NCBI RefSeq assembly: GCF_000315625.1
Contig: NW_005434656.1
Span: 603,741 to 667,740, forward strand
Direction: 5' to 3'
Origin: Guillardia theta CCMP2712
Lineage: Eukaryota > Protista > Cryptophyta
Length of the DNA stretch: 64,000 nt
Shown here: positions 1 to 13,092 of the stretch, in pieces
Numbering within the stretch: the first letter of the stretch is position 1
Layout of the letters: each line of letters starts with the position of its first letter
Program-made: the position numbers and the translations under genes
Notes under the pieces: generated by a model
What the model saw: only the letters and a program-made list of their open reading frames with translations
What the model was told of the DNA's origin: nothing
Database searches by the model: none

Positions 1-3000
1 CCCTACCAGAGCCTCGCCCGACACCCCTGGCGTCACGGTGAACTCCAGGGTGCCGTTGCTGTGGAAGAAGGGGGGCTGGGCGAACAAGGAGGAAGGGGTA
101 GAGGCGAGGGAGGTAGAGAAGGTGATGTTCTGATCCGACTCAGAGTCTGAACCATCCAGGAATGTGCCGCCTTTGAGAATGTTCACGTTGAAATTGTCAT
201 ACCATCTCAGTGCAGACTTGTTGATTGTGCTTTTCCATACAACAAACTGATGTCCGAACGGCTTCGATACAACTTGAACCCGCACGTTCAAGGTCTTTCC
301 GCTGCAAGTTTGATCGAACCTGTAAAACTTGAGATTGGTGATTAGTGAGAATTCGACAGTGCCAAACTTCTCAAGAGGAAATTCCAACTGGGAGAAAGAG
401 CCGCATTGGTGACGGGCAGGATCGTAAGAGGTGATAAGAGCCTCGTCGTTCAACGCGATTCTTGGGACAAACTCATCTGCACCGTCAAAGTTGATGTTCT
501 CAATCATAACACGTATGATCAGGTGAGATCTCGATCGCTCAAAGGTTGGAACTTGCAGAGAGAGAGAGCAAGAAGGGGATTCGTAGGACGTGGAGTCACA
601 AGCCAAATCTTGAAAGACAACCTCGGAGTATTGTTCCTGACAGCACATTCCGACTGCTTGACGTTGCGATGGCAGGCAGGTGTCACAGACTTGAAAGGAA
701 GGGGGCTGGTTGATGGGAAGCACATGAAATGTAATGAATACAGGCCCCTGGGCGTTGATCCCTCCACGTTCTACACCCCCATCGTCTTCCAGGTACACAG
801 AGAAAGTCTTCTCGCCGTTGGCATATTCCAGCAGGCAAGCGGTGAGGTCGCCCGTAGCCACACTGATTGAGGGCCCGAAGGAGAACATCACTGAGTGTCC
901 TAGGGGAGCTCCGACTTGCGTGAAGGTGAAGGACAAGGTCTGACGGAGCTCGTCTGCCGAGTTGAAGATCGATGGCTTTATAGAGCCCGCAAGGTGACTG
1001 AAGGAGACGCCATGCCCGCAGCCCATCGGAAGTTGTGAGCAATGAAAGCAACTCTCCTCCACCACTATGTCAACCTTGCACGGGTCGTTTGACAGCAGCA
1101 GATTCACATAGGCGAGCCGGACGTTTGATCGGTCCAAGTCACCCTTGAGTTGCTTGTACTGTGCCAGGAAGTAATTCCTAGAGACAAGCCCGACCGCCAT
1201 GTCGTGATCGAGCTGATCTATCAGCTTCGTGACCTCGGCTATCGAGGTGTTCAGAGCTCCCTGCTCCGTCACGAGCGAAAGAGTTTCCTGAGGGTCCTTC
1301 AGGTAACGCCCGTGCGGACATGATGCTGAGCAAGAGACGTCGATGTAAGACGAAAGATCGCACAGGATGGTGAAGTCAGGAGGGTCGTTGACAGGAAGCA
1401 CGTCGATCGTCAGGTTGTGAATGACGGAGACGTCCTGGCCCTCCAGCAAAGTGCCACCGTCATCCTGCAGCAGCACATTTAGCCTTACAATGCCGTTGAG
1501 GTTCCTCTTCAACGAGAACGACAACGTCCCGTTGCTAGACAGATGCGGCTGTGTTAGGAACACCAACGACTCTGGAAAGACCTGAAAGGTCAAGAGCTGC
1601 CCTTCCTCTGGCCAGTTTTCACCCTTTGGACCGAAGGAAATGTTGGGCCCTGGTAGGATGTCCACAGCAAAGGAGGAGAGGGACTGCAAGGCGCCATCGA
1701 AGTAGACGGTCTCGTTGATGCTGACCAGCGCGTCTTCGAAACGGAACGAGGGGGCAACATTGACGTGGACGATCTCGATGTGCAATACGAACTGCTTCAT
1801 CCCGGAGAAGGTGTAGTTGTTGACGGCATCGAACTCTGCCGCCTCTTCGATGGTGAAGACGATGGAGGTGTTGCCAAACACGTTTGCCCTCGGTTTGAAA
1901 TGAATGATGTTCCGCTCGATCGTTGGAATGTCCTCGAAGTAGGAGCTTTCGTAGGAAAAGTTCTTGAAGATCGGAATGCGTGGAGGGATGTCCGACGTCG
2001 TTGTGACCTGACGATAAAACATGATGTGATGTCGGCCTGAATTCTCAAAAATTCTCAAGTTCGACAAGAAGTCCACATCCCAGAAGGAGGAGAGGGAAGA
2101 GGGAAGGATAACGTCCAGTCGAAAGGGGAGAGTATAGGAATCTTCTCCTCCAAACGCCCTACCTCCATCATCTTGCCTGAAACGAGGAGCAAACAGTCAG
2201 AAACCAGCGATGTCACAGCATTGAGGTTGCGCGGACTTACAAGGTCACATGGAAGACAACAGTACCAAACTTGTTTGCCCTGACCACGAAGCTCAGCTGA
2301 CCCTCCGGATTGATGGCTGGCGACTCCAGGAACATGTCCTCCATGGAGGCTGAAACTATCTGAACCTGGAACGTCAAGAGTTGATCTGCCTCGATCTGCG
2401 TCTGTGTGTGCATAGCGTTCCTCCCTGTCAAGATGTCCGTAGCCCACTGGAAGGAGTATCCCTGTGCGCTGGGGGACGCCAGGACGTGCACGTCATGACC
2501 TATGTAGGATGGCGGGCGGTTGACCTGCAACAAGAGTCAAGCCCTCAAAGTCGACAAGTAAAGAGATTCTCAGCTCTGCTTTACCTGAGTCCAGACAAAC
2601 GACGAGGTCCCAGAGATCGCGACAGCGCGCGAGGAACTCGCGGCAGCGGCTGGGTCAGCAGACTCGAGGAGGAGCACGTCGACTTGCTTGTCAAAAAACT
2701 GCTTCCAGGGAGTGTCGATGTCCCACACGGGCAGTGGACAGACAACTCGGAAGGAGTCCACCGGGCTCGAAGGGGAGGAGAGGACTGAAAAGATCTCAAA
2801 CCGGCTCTCGAACCCTTGTTTGTTTATGAGCTCGTCTGAATGAAAAGTGACCAACACCACACCGCTGCTGGAGGCCGTTGCTGCCTCGGCCGGGCCTGGG
2901 GATCCGGTCAAGCTCCTGATCAACGTCTTGTCGCTACACGCGATATCGAAGCAATCCCAGATCTCCACGAAGTCCCAGTCAAGCTCAGTCTCGAAGCGAG

Positions 3001-6000
3001 GAAACTGGAGGAAGAGGCTCTGGGCACCTTGGGGAGCTAGGATCCAGCACTTGAAGGTGTTGATGGGGTAATCTTGATCCGGAGGAGACCCGTCGGTGAA
3101 GCCTCCCCACTGCAGGTACGTGCAGACCTGTGCCAGGTCTTGGCTCTGAGTGATGGAGTTGCGAGGGATAGTTGCTTCGTAGGGAGCGATGTCAACCTGA
3201 AGGGTGAGTTGACACGTGTAGTTCCTGGTGGCGATGAGGCCGAAGGCATGGGCAGTGACCGAGGCATTCGCGGAGATGAAGTCACTGAGACCTCTCCTGT
3301 CTCCGAAGTTTGGAGTGAGCTCTGCAAAGTGGGGGAAGAAGTAGAACGACCCGACTTGAATCTTGAAACAAGTTGTATCCCCTTCAGAGCAGGTCCGATT
3401 CAATTCAGAGTCCGTCGTGTTCGTAAGAAGGAACGAAAGATCTGGCAGAGCATATCTGTTGAAGTCTGGAGAGCTTCTGATAGGACGAGGATAAACCTCG
3501 ATGAAGTCTATCGGAACAACTCCAGAGGCACTGAGCCACGTCGGAGTGGTGCATTTGTAAAGGCTGTATGAAACAAAGCTTGCTCTGCTCAGAAGACCGT
3601 CGAAGTTGCAGAACGCTGTAAGGTTCGGCATGAACGCACCTAGGATGTGCACCTCTGTACCTCCTGCTGCTGAACCTACGGTGTTCTGAATCCCATGCAG
3701 CTCACGACGAATCCAGAAGGAGGGAGGACGAGGGCCTTCAAAAGCTAGCTGCGAGGCCTGACCCTCTGACAAGAGAATAGACAGGCTGATGTTCTGTCGC
3801 GTCTCAAAGCTCCACTCCGAAAAATTGCAGACAATTGCAGACTGGTTCTCGACCCGTGCATTCGATGTTGTGCCGTAGGCTTGCTTACTCTGAGAAGCGT
3901 CTTCAAAGCAGAAAAAGTCGCAGATGTAGCTTGAAAGCTCGTCAAAACCAAAACCAAAAACGGTGACGAGACTAGTTTGCAGAACCTGGCTTGTAGTTGT
4001 TGAGGAAATAGCATAATCCCAGACGGTATCAAAAAGAATTGAGCATCCATTGATATGAAGATTTCCGCTGCATTGGAGCGTGTCTTGTACATGAAAGGTA
4101 TTGTTCGTGAAAGGTATTAACATCTCTTCATAAAGAATCAGCAGTGCAACATATCCTGACCGTTTGCCAGCTGCAAACATGGAGCCCCAAACAGGAAGAG
4201 GGCAGCTCAATGTGGAGGAGTTAAAGACAGATGCGTTGGTCCTGACCACTTCCTTCTCACTCCTAGTGAATTGACATGTGTAAACTTTCATAGCGTCGAA
4301 GCCATACCCTTTGATGCCCAGCGGCTCGCTGGACTTTGCAGAAAACTGCAGACTTGTCTCTGAGAATTCATCCCAGCCCTCGCTGACCTCAAAGATGCTT
4401 TTTTCTTCACTTCCAATGAAAGTCATGTTGAGGTGAGAATCCCTGTACTGCACGACCAGCCTTACTTTGCCGGCCGGCAGATACCACTTGGGCAGACTGC
4501 AAAGAATATCATTCTCCCCCAAGGACTGTCCCACGCCAAGTTTGCTTGGCCCACCATTCAGAGGTATGAAGAGGCAGTCGTAGAGGGGCTCGGCGAAACC
4601 CTGACCCTTTACAGTGACGTTTGCACCCTCCTTCCCCAGGACGACAGGGGTGCCGATGGAATTCCACTGACTCTCGAAGACGAGAACGTTTCCACCTCCC
4701 ATGTAAGATACCACGTTGCCGTCTTCGATGACTGACACCTCGGTGGTAGAGACGTTTGACGCTGGACTGATACATGTAAGCACTTGACTGGAAACGAACT
4801 GTGCACCTCCACTAGAGAACTGGAAGTCACACATGTAGGAAGAGCGATCTGAGAACCCGTACCCGTGCACGGTGATTACTGACCCTCCTTTGAACGGGGC
4901 CGAATTTGGTGAAATGTGTGACCAACTTGAATAGAAACTTACCCGGTTGGTGCTGAATTGACAAGTAGATGACGAGTTTGATGTGAAATTTCTATATAAT
5001 ACAGTGCGAGAAGGAAGTTCGTGTATAAGAATGCTCGCGGTTCCATGCTCTAAACAATCACTCCATGCTGGTGTTTGGCATGACAAAATGGTAGGACTGA
5101 CGAATGTTGCAGGTGAGGTATAAAGAGACCCCGCACAAGTTTCAACATTTCCAACCGGGGAATACTTGCACGTGTAGGTCTTATCGACGGCAAATCCAAA
5201 TCCGGAGATGTTGAATTCGATCAATTCGCTGACAGGAAAGGTTGTATTGCACTTGTTGATTGAAAACCAGAATGGAAAAATTTGAAATTGTACACATTCA
5301 CTATTTACATGAACGATGTTCCCGTTTTCTGTCAGGCTGACGCAAACGGATCCATGCGATCCCTGCCATTGTTCCATAGGACAAACCAATTCAAACGTAT
5401 TGACTACGTCACATTTGGTGTTGAGAGTACTGTTGAACCGTAGCGAGTACACGGCAGAGACATCAAAACCTGCACCAGAGATTGTTAGGGAGATTCCACC
5501 CGAGGCAAATGCTTGTCTCGGCCAAACCGAATTCCATTCGGCATAAAAGCTAAACGACACATCCTCAGTTCCAAAAACAGCAGAATTCTCATAGCCATCA
5601 TAGGAGACGAGAAGGCTAAGGTTGACAATTCCTGATTTGAAGGGCCACGTCGGAATTTGGCACTGTAAAGTGTTTGCATTGACAAAAAGCGCAGTCTCAG
5701 AAACATTCAGACCCTGGCTGTTGCGAATAACACACAAATAATCATAACTTCCACCAAAACCAGAACCAGCCACGACTATGCTTTGATTCCCATTGGCAGA
5801 TATCGGGCGGATAAACCAAGAGCTTCGGTCACTAAAAGTTTCGAGGTCACTGCTCAAGGCTGCTCGGCTCCACGTGGCAAAGAAGTACAAATAGCATGTG
5901 TGAACGTGGCAGGGAAAGGTCGGGATCTTTTCCAACGTCCTTGCATCGCCCTCTGTGAATGCAACCTCGGTTCCTTCGAACTGCAATGTGACAGAAATAG

Positions 6001-6613
6001 GTGGATTGCTTGCTGGGCTAAGCCCAATCTCACGTGACTGGATTGATGCTGAGAAGATTGTACCCCAAGCTGGTATGTTACATGCGACATGCGAAGAATC
6101 CGCCATGCCAAAGGTCGACAAAACTTCGTTGCCATTTCGTCTGAAAATACATTGATACATTTGTGAATATTGTGAGGAGCCTATGAACCCATAACCTGTA
6201 AACAATATTTGCCCACCCCCCGTACTTGAGATTGGTATTCCATCCAAGCTCGATTGTTCCCATCCTTGAAACACGTCGACATTCATGCCACTCTCGTTTC
6301 CAACGAACAACACAGGCCGTTTGCTCTCCTCGGTGATGATGAGTTCTGCCAACCCCGCATGGTGACCCCAAGTGTCGACGAGACAGGTGAGAATATTGTT
6401 CTCTTCGATATCTGCAACGACGCTTAACCTAAATTGATCCAACTTAAATGTACAGTTGTATTGCTTGCTCTCACTGCGAAAATCCTGGCCGTTCACAGTG
6501 ATTGTAAATCCCCCCTTAGCCGGCACTGAAGAAGGGTTGATCGTTTCCCAAACTGGATAATTACAATGGATGCGATCGATCATGATAATCAGGAAGAGGA
6601 ATGGCAACTTCAT
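1..6613 (-). CDS. Giant secreted/surface protein: signal peptide, many IPT/TIG (plexin-like Ig) repeats, a CUB domain, then bacterial-type cadherin/Ig-like repeats; 3' end lies beyond the window
   Basis: 1347-aa first exon starts MKLPFLFLIIMIDRIHC. Repeats of the type P..GG..ITV.G.GF....Y.C.F......L.C..P.W. CUB motif C.WIL...FPRFETELDWDFVEIWD...LVTFHSDELINKQGF. The minus-strand frame in 1-2530 reads repeats such as QLLTFQV...G.LSF...LQDDGG...IDVLPVNDPPDF and LEDDGGVERGG...VLPINQPPSF. Confidence 0.85.
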
Positions 6614-7034
6614 CTCGTAAGCTCGCAGATCCAGTTGAGTTACAGCACACTCGTCACGGAATTGGCTGCAGGACTTTTAACCCCTTCCACTCTTCGTGCT
6701 CTCAAGACCAGTTGTCTGAGAGGATGTCCACTCTGTCACTTCATTCAGGTCGTCTGACCTTGTCTTTCATGCCGCTTGCATCTCTTTCTGTCCCCTCCAT
6801 CCCCTCTTTCTCTCCGCCATGCGGCGCTTGGCTTGAAAGGTGGGTCACCTCACATCATACAAAGGGAAGGGTGGTCAAGTTTTTGACCACCCCTATTTAT
6901 ATCACACTTTGATAATTCATAGACCGGGTGATCAAATCACCCCACCTACACGCAAAACTTTCAACCGATAACCCCTTCTTTTGGCCTATTAGACCCCATA
7001 CACTTCCAAATAGGGGGTAGGCGCGGCTTTTCGC

Positions 7035-8646
7035 ATGGCGGGCAGCAGGAGGAAGATGCAGGCAGCGGGGGTGGCTGGCATGGGCCTCGCTTGCCTTGCA
7101 GGTGATGCTGAAAGCTTCCTTGTACCCTTACATGCTGTCTTTGCGCCTTCGTTGTCATGGAACTCTTCCATTACTCTTTTTTAAACGTTGTTTTGTGTCA
7201 AACTGGAGAGAGAGGATTGAATATTCTTTCATGATCTCTTTGCAACTCCATCTGTTGCTGTTTGACACCTCTGAATCTCTTGTCGTAGCGTTGCTTGTCG
7301 TGTCATTCGTCCCTCGCATCGATCTCGTGGTAAAGCGGGTGTCTATTTTTGACCAGGTGCGTTCCACTTTCATTGGGTTGCTTGACAACAAACTAACTTT
7401 TCCCCAGTGGTATCCTACCCAAAAACCTAGCCCCGAATCTACCAATAACCCAAGTTACGAATATGCAGAGAAGTATCTCACGACAGCGGCAAGATATTCT
7501 ACCAAGGACAACAAGCAGCATTATCATGACTGCAGGTTGAGCTGTGCTGGGGAAGAGCGATACCAGCCATCATGGGATTTCGTGTCAAGGTGTGAACGCT
7601 TTTGTGCAAGACTGTACGATTACAACTCCCCGGTGGAAGTTGCTCCACAACCAGCTTCACATGGTTGGTGGATGAAAAAGCTGCCAAGTGGGAGATTTGT
7701 GCGCAATGAAGCTAACACCGAAGGCGGAGGAAAGGAGAACGGTCTTCACATCCCAGATCCGTGGGGTAAGGACATATCCAAGATAATATCTTCTAAGAAG
7801 GCAGACAGCAGTGAATCAGGTTCCGTTGGGGTACCACTTGCGTTGTCTTCCAACACGAAGAGGGCAAAAACATCAATGCTGCTTCAAACAACTGGGCATG
7901 GACTTGACTCAGTCACATATGGCTCACACCATGCTTTGGAGGACTTGAACAGCTATTTTGATTCTCTGCCCACAAAGGATTGCTCGAAGCCCGACTGCAA
8001 CTACAAGAACGTTGTCGTCGAAAAGAAGAAGGTGCTTGTACACAAGCCAGAAAAGTTTTCCACCAAGGACATCAGGAAATATGAGAGGGAAGTGCTCGGT
8101 TACCGTCGAGAACACGAGGAGAAGCTGGAGAATCAGGAACTTGCCCAGATAGGTGAGGAAAGTGACAAATTAGTTCAGGCATCTGTCAACGGCTTCCACC
8201 AACTTGAGTCTTCATCGCACGCTCGGTCTTCATCGAAACATGTGCGAGGTCGGCACAGCAAGGCTTACGATGAAGCCAAGAAGGCGAAAGGATTTGTTGG
8301 TTATTATGACAATGTTTTCGGAAACGATCAGGCGGGAAAGAGCTCAGTACAGAAGACTCACGCTATCATGAAAGCAGCAAGTCCTTCTGTCGATGAGAAG
8401 CTCAAGAATCTTGAGAAGCTTCATTCACAATTAGAAGCGCAGAATGCTCATTTGGTACAGGAGAATCGTGTACAAGAAGCAGCCGCGAAGCGGGTTGAAC
8501 TTCAACAGCATTCTAGGCCGACAATTCTTGCAAAAAAGACTGTTGTAGAGCAGGGAAGTACAGCTGCTGTGCCTGTTGACGGCATCATGAGGTCGGAGAG
8601 CACCCTGAAGAAGCAGCTGCTTGAGTTGGAGAAGTTACATCATTGA
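7035..8646 (+). CDS. Unknown protein, probable N-terminal signal anchor, Cys motif and coiled-coil C-terminus
   Basis: Spliced start MAGSRRKMQAAGVAGMGLACLA|ALLVVSFVP joins the long ORF ending at 8646. Contains HDCRLSC...CERFC and DLNSYFDSL. Confidence 0.6.
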
Positions 8647-8744
8647 GCTGTAGTGTACGGGATAATTTAACAATAGATTTTTACATTTACTTCAACTTCG
8701 GACCTCGTTGTCCTTCAATTGCATCAGTTCAACTTGGCAGAATT

Positions 8745-8915
8745 TCTTCAAGCTCACTGACCTGAGTGATCAGCAACGGCTCTCCATGGCATGCCCGGTA
8801 GCGCCCGGTGCGGCCCCGGCAAGCACCGCGGCTCCAGTGACCGTCACCGGGGCACTCAACTTGACTTGAAGTGGCACTCAGTAGAGGGCGGGCCATAACG
8901 GTTGAAACCGTCGAA
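8745..8915. other. Class-1 intergenic palindromic-word island
   Basis: Dense CCGG, GTGAC/GTCAC, CTCAG/CTGAG, GGCAC and AACTT words; ends in TAACGGTT. Confidence 0.6.
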
Positions 8916-9220
8916 GCATTTTTCGTCGGTATGAGGGTCAAAGGCTGGATGCGAAAAATGCACGTGCGATAGGAGGCGAAGGGACAGTGTACAGGAGAGG
9001 AGGAGAGGCGGCATAGCGCTTTTGATTCCGAAGGGATTGATAGTGATGCAAAAATAGTTTGGAGAAAATCAGGTAGGAAGATGATTAAGATGATTCTAGA
9101 CTATCTTCGAAGGGGACGACGAGCTGTTTCTGAGCTGTTTCCCATGAGAATGATCGGGAATGTTGATTTACCCACATCTGAACAGATGTTTGATCTTCTT
9201 AATGATAAGAGCATATTCTC

Positions 9221-9300
9221 TCCCTGCCCTCCCTGACCTCCCTTCCTCCCTCCCTGCCCTCCCTTCCTGGGCCCTCCCTGCCCTCCCTTCCTCCCTACCT
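9221..9300. repeat. Pyrimidine-rich tandem repeat with core CTCCCTGCCCTCCCT (about 3-4 degenerate copies)
   Basis: Directly visible upstream of the C1D ATG. Confidence 0.8.
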
Positions 9301-9401
9301 CTTCCCTTTGTCCCTCACAAACCCCACCACACCACACCCACCTCCCCTCCCTCCATTGCTTTCAAGTGCATGACTGTTTTTGTTTCAAGCTCTTTCAGAA
9401 C

Positions 9402-10037
9402 ATGAGTGCATCCAAGCTGCCGGAGGCCATGGAAGAAAATTTGGACAAGATAGACTCCGCTCTTGATAATTTGGAGACTGCGCTAGAACCCATCCTCGCG
9501 ACGCCCTGGGATACGCTAAATGCATGCCTGGAACCCGTTCAAAGAGCAAAGTTGAATCTGATGATAGCATACACGATCGATTCTCTGTTTTTCTTGTACT
9601 TGAAGACACAGGTGAGTTTCGCAACAGCGATGTTGAGATGTGATTGTTGAGCAGGGTATAGCAACGGAGGAGCACCAAGTGAACGAGGAGTTGGCTCGAG
9701 TGAAGTCTTACATGTCAAAGTTGAAAGATGCTACAGGTAGTTCTCTCCGCAGCAGATTGTTTCTTTTGTTGAGGTGTTGTGTATGCAGCTGCTCAAGAAA
9801 ACGAAAAGTCGAAGCTGAAGCTCAACAAAGATGCTGCAGCGAGGTTCATCAAGGCAGGGCTGGTATGATTGCCTCATGTTGATGCGCGCCATTCTAAAGC
9901 ATTGGAAGTCTGGAAATGACGAAGCGGGAGAAAAGCGAAAGAGAGAAAACGACGAGGACAAAGAAGCTAAGGATCAAAAGGACAAGAAGGGAAAGGACCA
10001 ATCTGTCAAGTCCGCGAAGAAAAGCAAGAAATCTTAG
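9402..10037 (+). CDS. C1D: C1D/Rrp47 nuclear exosome cofactor (Sas10/Utp3/C1D family)
   Basis: RAKLNLMIAYTIDSLFFLYLKTQ|GIATEEHQVNEELARVKSYMSKL...KLNKDAAARFIKAGL, followed by a Lys-rich tail; short GT-AG introns. Confidence 0.9.
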
Positions 10038-10375
10038 AAAAGCCTTTTACTCTGTGCAGGACAATGCTCCTAGTTCTTTGAAGATTATTTGGCTTTGAGG
10101 AAGGAATTTGAAGGCGCTCTAAAATCCGCAGTCTGCTGACAATTCCAGGAACAAGCGAGGGTGTAAATTTATATCTCTACAATCTTTGAAAGCAATATAA
10201 ACATAACGGTACATTTGTTCAGTTTCTAGATGAGCCCCTACTTCCATAATTTGTATGCGTCCTTTCTCTCCCCCTTCTCCTGTCCATCTCTGCCGTCCTC
10301 CTCCTCTGCCATACCCACCCTGATTCCCATTTCCCGCTGTCAGCCGCCTTCCATTTCCTAGCTTGGTCCAGTCGA

Positions 10376-10408
10376 AAGTTTGAAATTTATATGTCAAATT
10401 TCAAACTT
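10376..10408. promoter_or_regulatory. Perfect 13-bp inverted repeat AAGTTTGAAATTT-N7-AAATTTCAAACTT (two inverted CHR-like TTTGAA sites)
   Basis: Arms at 10376-10388 and 10396-10408 are exact reverse complements. Lies upstream of the Skp1-like gene. Confidence 0.55.
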
Positions 10409-10506
10409 CATGATAAATGTTGAAGGTGTTTACCACGTTTTAAAGTTTGTGGGTGGTGGGAAGTGGGCAAGGCTTTTGTAGACGAGCAGGGTAGGAGAAG
10501 GCAGGT

Positions 10507-10670
10507 GACAGCATAGTACAGGAGAGGACAGCATAGTACAGGAGAGAGGAAGGGAGAGGGGAGAGGGAGAGAGGGAGAGAGGGAGAGAGGGAGAGAGGGA
10601 GAGAGGGAGAGAGGGAGAGAGGGAGAGAGGGAGAGAGGGAGAGAGGGAGAGAGGGAGAGAGGAGAGAGGA
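10507..10670. repeat. 20-bp tandem duplication (GACAGCATAGTACAGGAGAG x2) followed by a (GAGAGGGA)n microsatellite
   Basis: Directly visible. Confidence 0.9.
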
Positions 10671-10876
10671 AAGGGTAGAGAGACCAGAGAAGGGGAGGGG
10701 GAAGCGGAGAAGGAGAATAATAGAGGTGAAGGAACCCGAAGGTGGAAATAGAGGAGAGAAGTCACAATAGAAAAGGAGGAGAGACGTAAAGGGAAAAGAA
10801 CCCCAACAGCGTTAGAAAAGTCATTCGGACAAGAAGTCAAGAACAGTCACGAATGCAACAAACTTGGTTTGAAGCC

Positions 10877-13092
10877 ATGGATGCGCGGAACACAGAAAAG
10901 GTGGGCTTTTTGTTCGAGAACTCCTTCTCAGTGAATCCGTTGTAGATCACGCTGGTTCCTTTCGACTACTCTTCGACACAAAGCATTGTCTTAGCGGACA
11001 GGCGCATTGCCTGCCTGTCAGGTAGAAAGCTCCTCCTGCCTTGCACTCCCCAATGCGGTCTTGCAGGGTTTCTTTCTGGAATCATGGAAGGGAGGGAAAT
11101 GGACCTTGCCGAAGAAAGCATCGTCCTCAACCATACCTCTTGTAACTACTCGGCTGTGAAGCGGGTAAGTCCATGTGGGTGCGGTCGGGAAGGCAAAGAA
11201 GGGAAAGCTTTCGAGCTGACGTGTCGACCAGGCCGTTCTCTTCCTGGAGACGTTTCGAGAACATGAGAGCGAATTATCGCGGTTCAAGAACTACGTGAGA
11301 TGGCGATCCTTGGATGTGCTGGGGATGATTCCTTTCCTTTGCCGTCAGGCCATGCCTTCTGCTGCGCTTCCTGCGGAGCAACGGGAAGCTCACGCCAACA
11401 CCCTCACAAACCTGCAGGTCTGATGTGACTGGATGCGAGAAGGTCTCATTGAATCCCCTCAGAACCTGGTGAATCGTATCAACACGTTTCAGAATGAGTT
11501 CTTCGGGGACATGTCGATTCAAGAGCTAGCAAACCTCCTTGCCCTCTCTCTCTTCTTGGACATTCCGGTGAGTCATGATGCGATGCTCGTCGGTGAATGA
11601 TGTCTGGGCAAGTCGATGCAGAAGCTTTGCATCGAGAGATTATCCAACGAGCTCTTCAAGTGCGGGGACGCTGAGGAGTTGCACAACATCCTTCGACTGG
11701 ATATCACTCACCTGGAACCCGCTGAATCATCCAAGGTGAGCGCTCTCTTTGACCAGCGCTCTTTGACAGGTAGCTCTGCTCACTCACGGTTCAGGTCAGG
11801 GTCTTGATGCTGAGCCATCCCTACAGCGGGGCACGAGGCCTCGTGATCTGCCACTTGCTCTTTGAGAGGATGACGAGGTGAGTGGGGAAGCTTGTCTGAG
11901 CGACCAGTCAGAGTGCACCAGGAACGCGGGTTTCTTGAACATGATCGGGAACGAAGAGATCGTCAAGCTCATTCTGGACGACTTCGAATATCGATCGAAG
12001 CTGGAGGTCGACCAGCTGCTCACGAGGTGGGAAGTCTTCGTGTAGTCTTGTTTCCTGTCCAAAGAGTAATGACCCTTACCATTCTGCCAGAATTTCCTTT
12101 GCAGAGAGCAAGCTGGCGTCTATTGCTGCGTTGGTAGCGATTCAAGGCTGCCGTTTGCTTCACTGACGGCTGATCGCAGGGATCGTCGAGGTACTTTGGT
12201 GTGAAGTATGTCGAGATGGGACTGAGGAGGCAGCTCTCGGGTGACAATTACCAGGTAGTTTGTATTTACAGAGTGCTGGTTCGCTTGGTCAATTGATATA
12301 CAACAGGTAAGACTTGCCGCACAAAAGGCTCTCAACGATCTAGGGTGCATCACGGGGAACGGAGAGACGGCAAGATGCTTGATGACGATGACCTCATCGC
12401 TGTTCTCTCCATCAACTGTGTACGCAGCAGCTGCCCTCTCTGGAAAGTAGTGGAGGTGGCGCGGAATCTGCCCGCACGCGTCAGAGAGATAACGGGGGAG
12501 GGAAAGGAGCTCACTTAGAGTCTCTCGCCCTTGAGTCCAAGAAGACCAACACCATCGAAGAACATTCAGACAAGCACGTTAATAAACGGAGACGTGGGGT
12601 CACGACAAGTTACCGACGACTTTCCTGCAGTCTCGAGTACGCCGCAAGGCTGTCATTGGACAGCGTGTTCGAGAAGAGACGCGAGCGGCTCATGACAGAC
12701 CCGTCGAGCCTGGAGAGGTCCGCAACTGGTATGTCCTCCCAATTCAACTGATGAGCAAGTCAGCGGCCAGTCCCCGACGACAGTCGATCACCCGATGTTC
12801 TCCCCAGCTGGTCTTCTGCACGAAGGAAGGGAACTGATTGGCTCCTGATTTCCTGCCGTCACGAGGGTGAGGAGCGACCTCTCCATGGCTGATGCTGCAC
12901 CTTGACATCTCTAAGAAGATCTGCCGCGCGTCCTTGGAGAAGGGGCTCTGCCTTCGGGGAACCATCCCGTCTTTCATCGCCCAGAACCTGGGAGAATGGA
13001 AGCCTGCACAAGCTTCAGCCGACGCCATGCGGGGAGGGGTTAAGGAGGAAGACCGGGGGCAAACTCGACCGGCCGGTACACCGGAGAAGTAG
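10877..13092 (+). CDS. Skp1-like protein with long C-terminal extension (F-box-like segment, HEAT-like helix); 3' end uncertain
   Basis: Spliced ITLVPFDYSSTQSIVLADRRIACLSGFLSGIMEG...NYSAVKRAVLFLETF resembles the Skp1 POZ domain. FQNEFFGDMSIQELANLLALSLFLDIP..KLCIERLSNELFKCGDAEELHNILRL resembles the Skp1 C-terminal domain. Confidence 0.7.
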
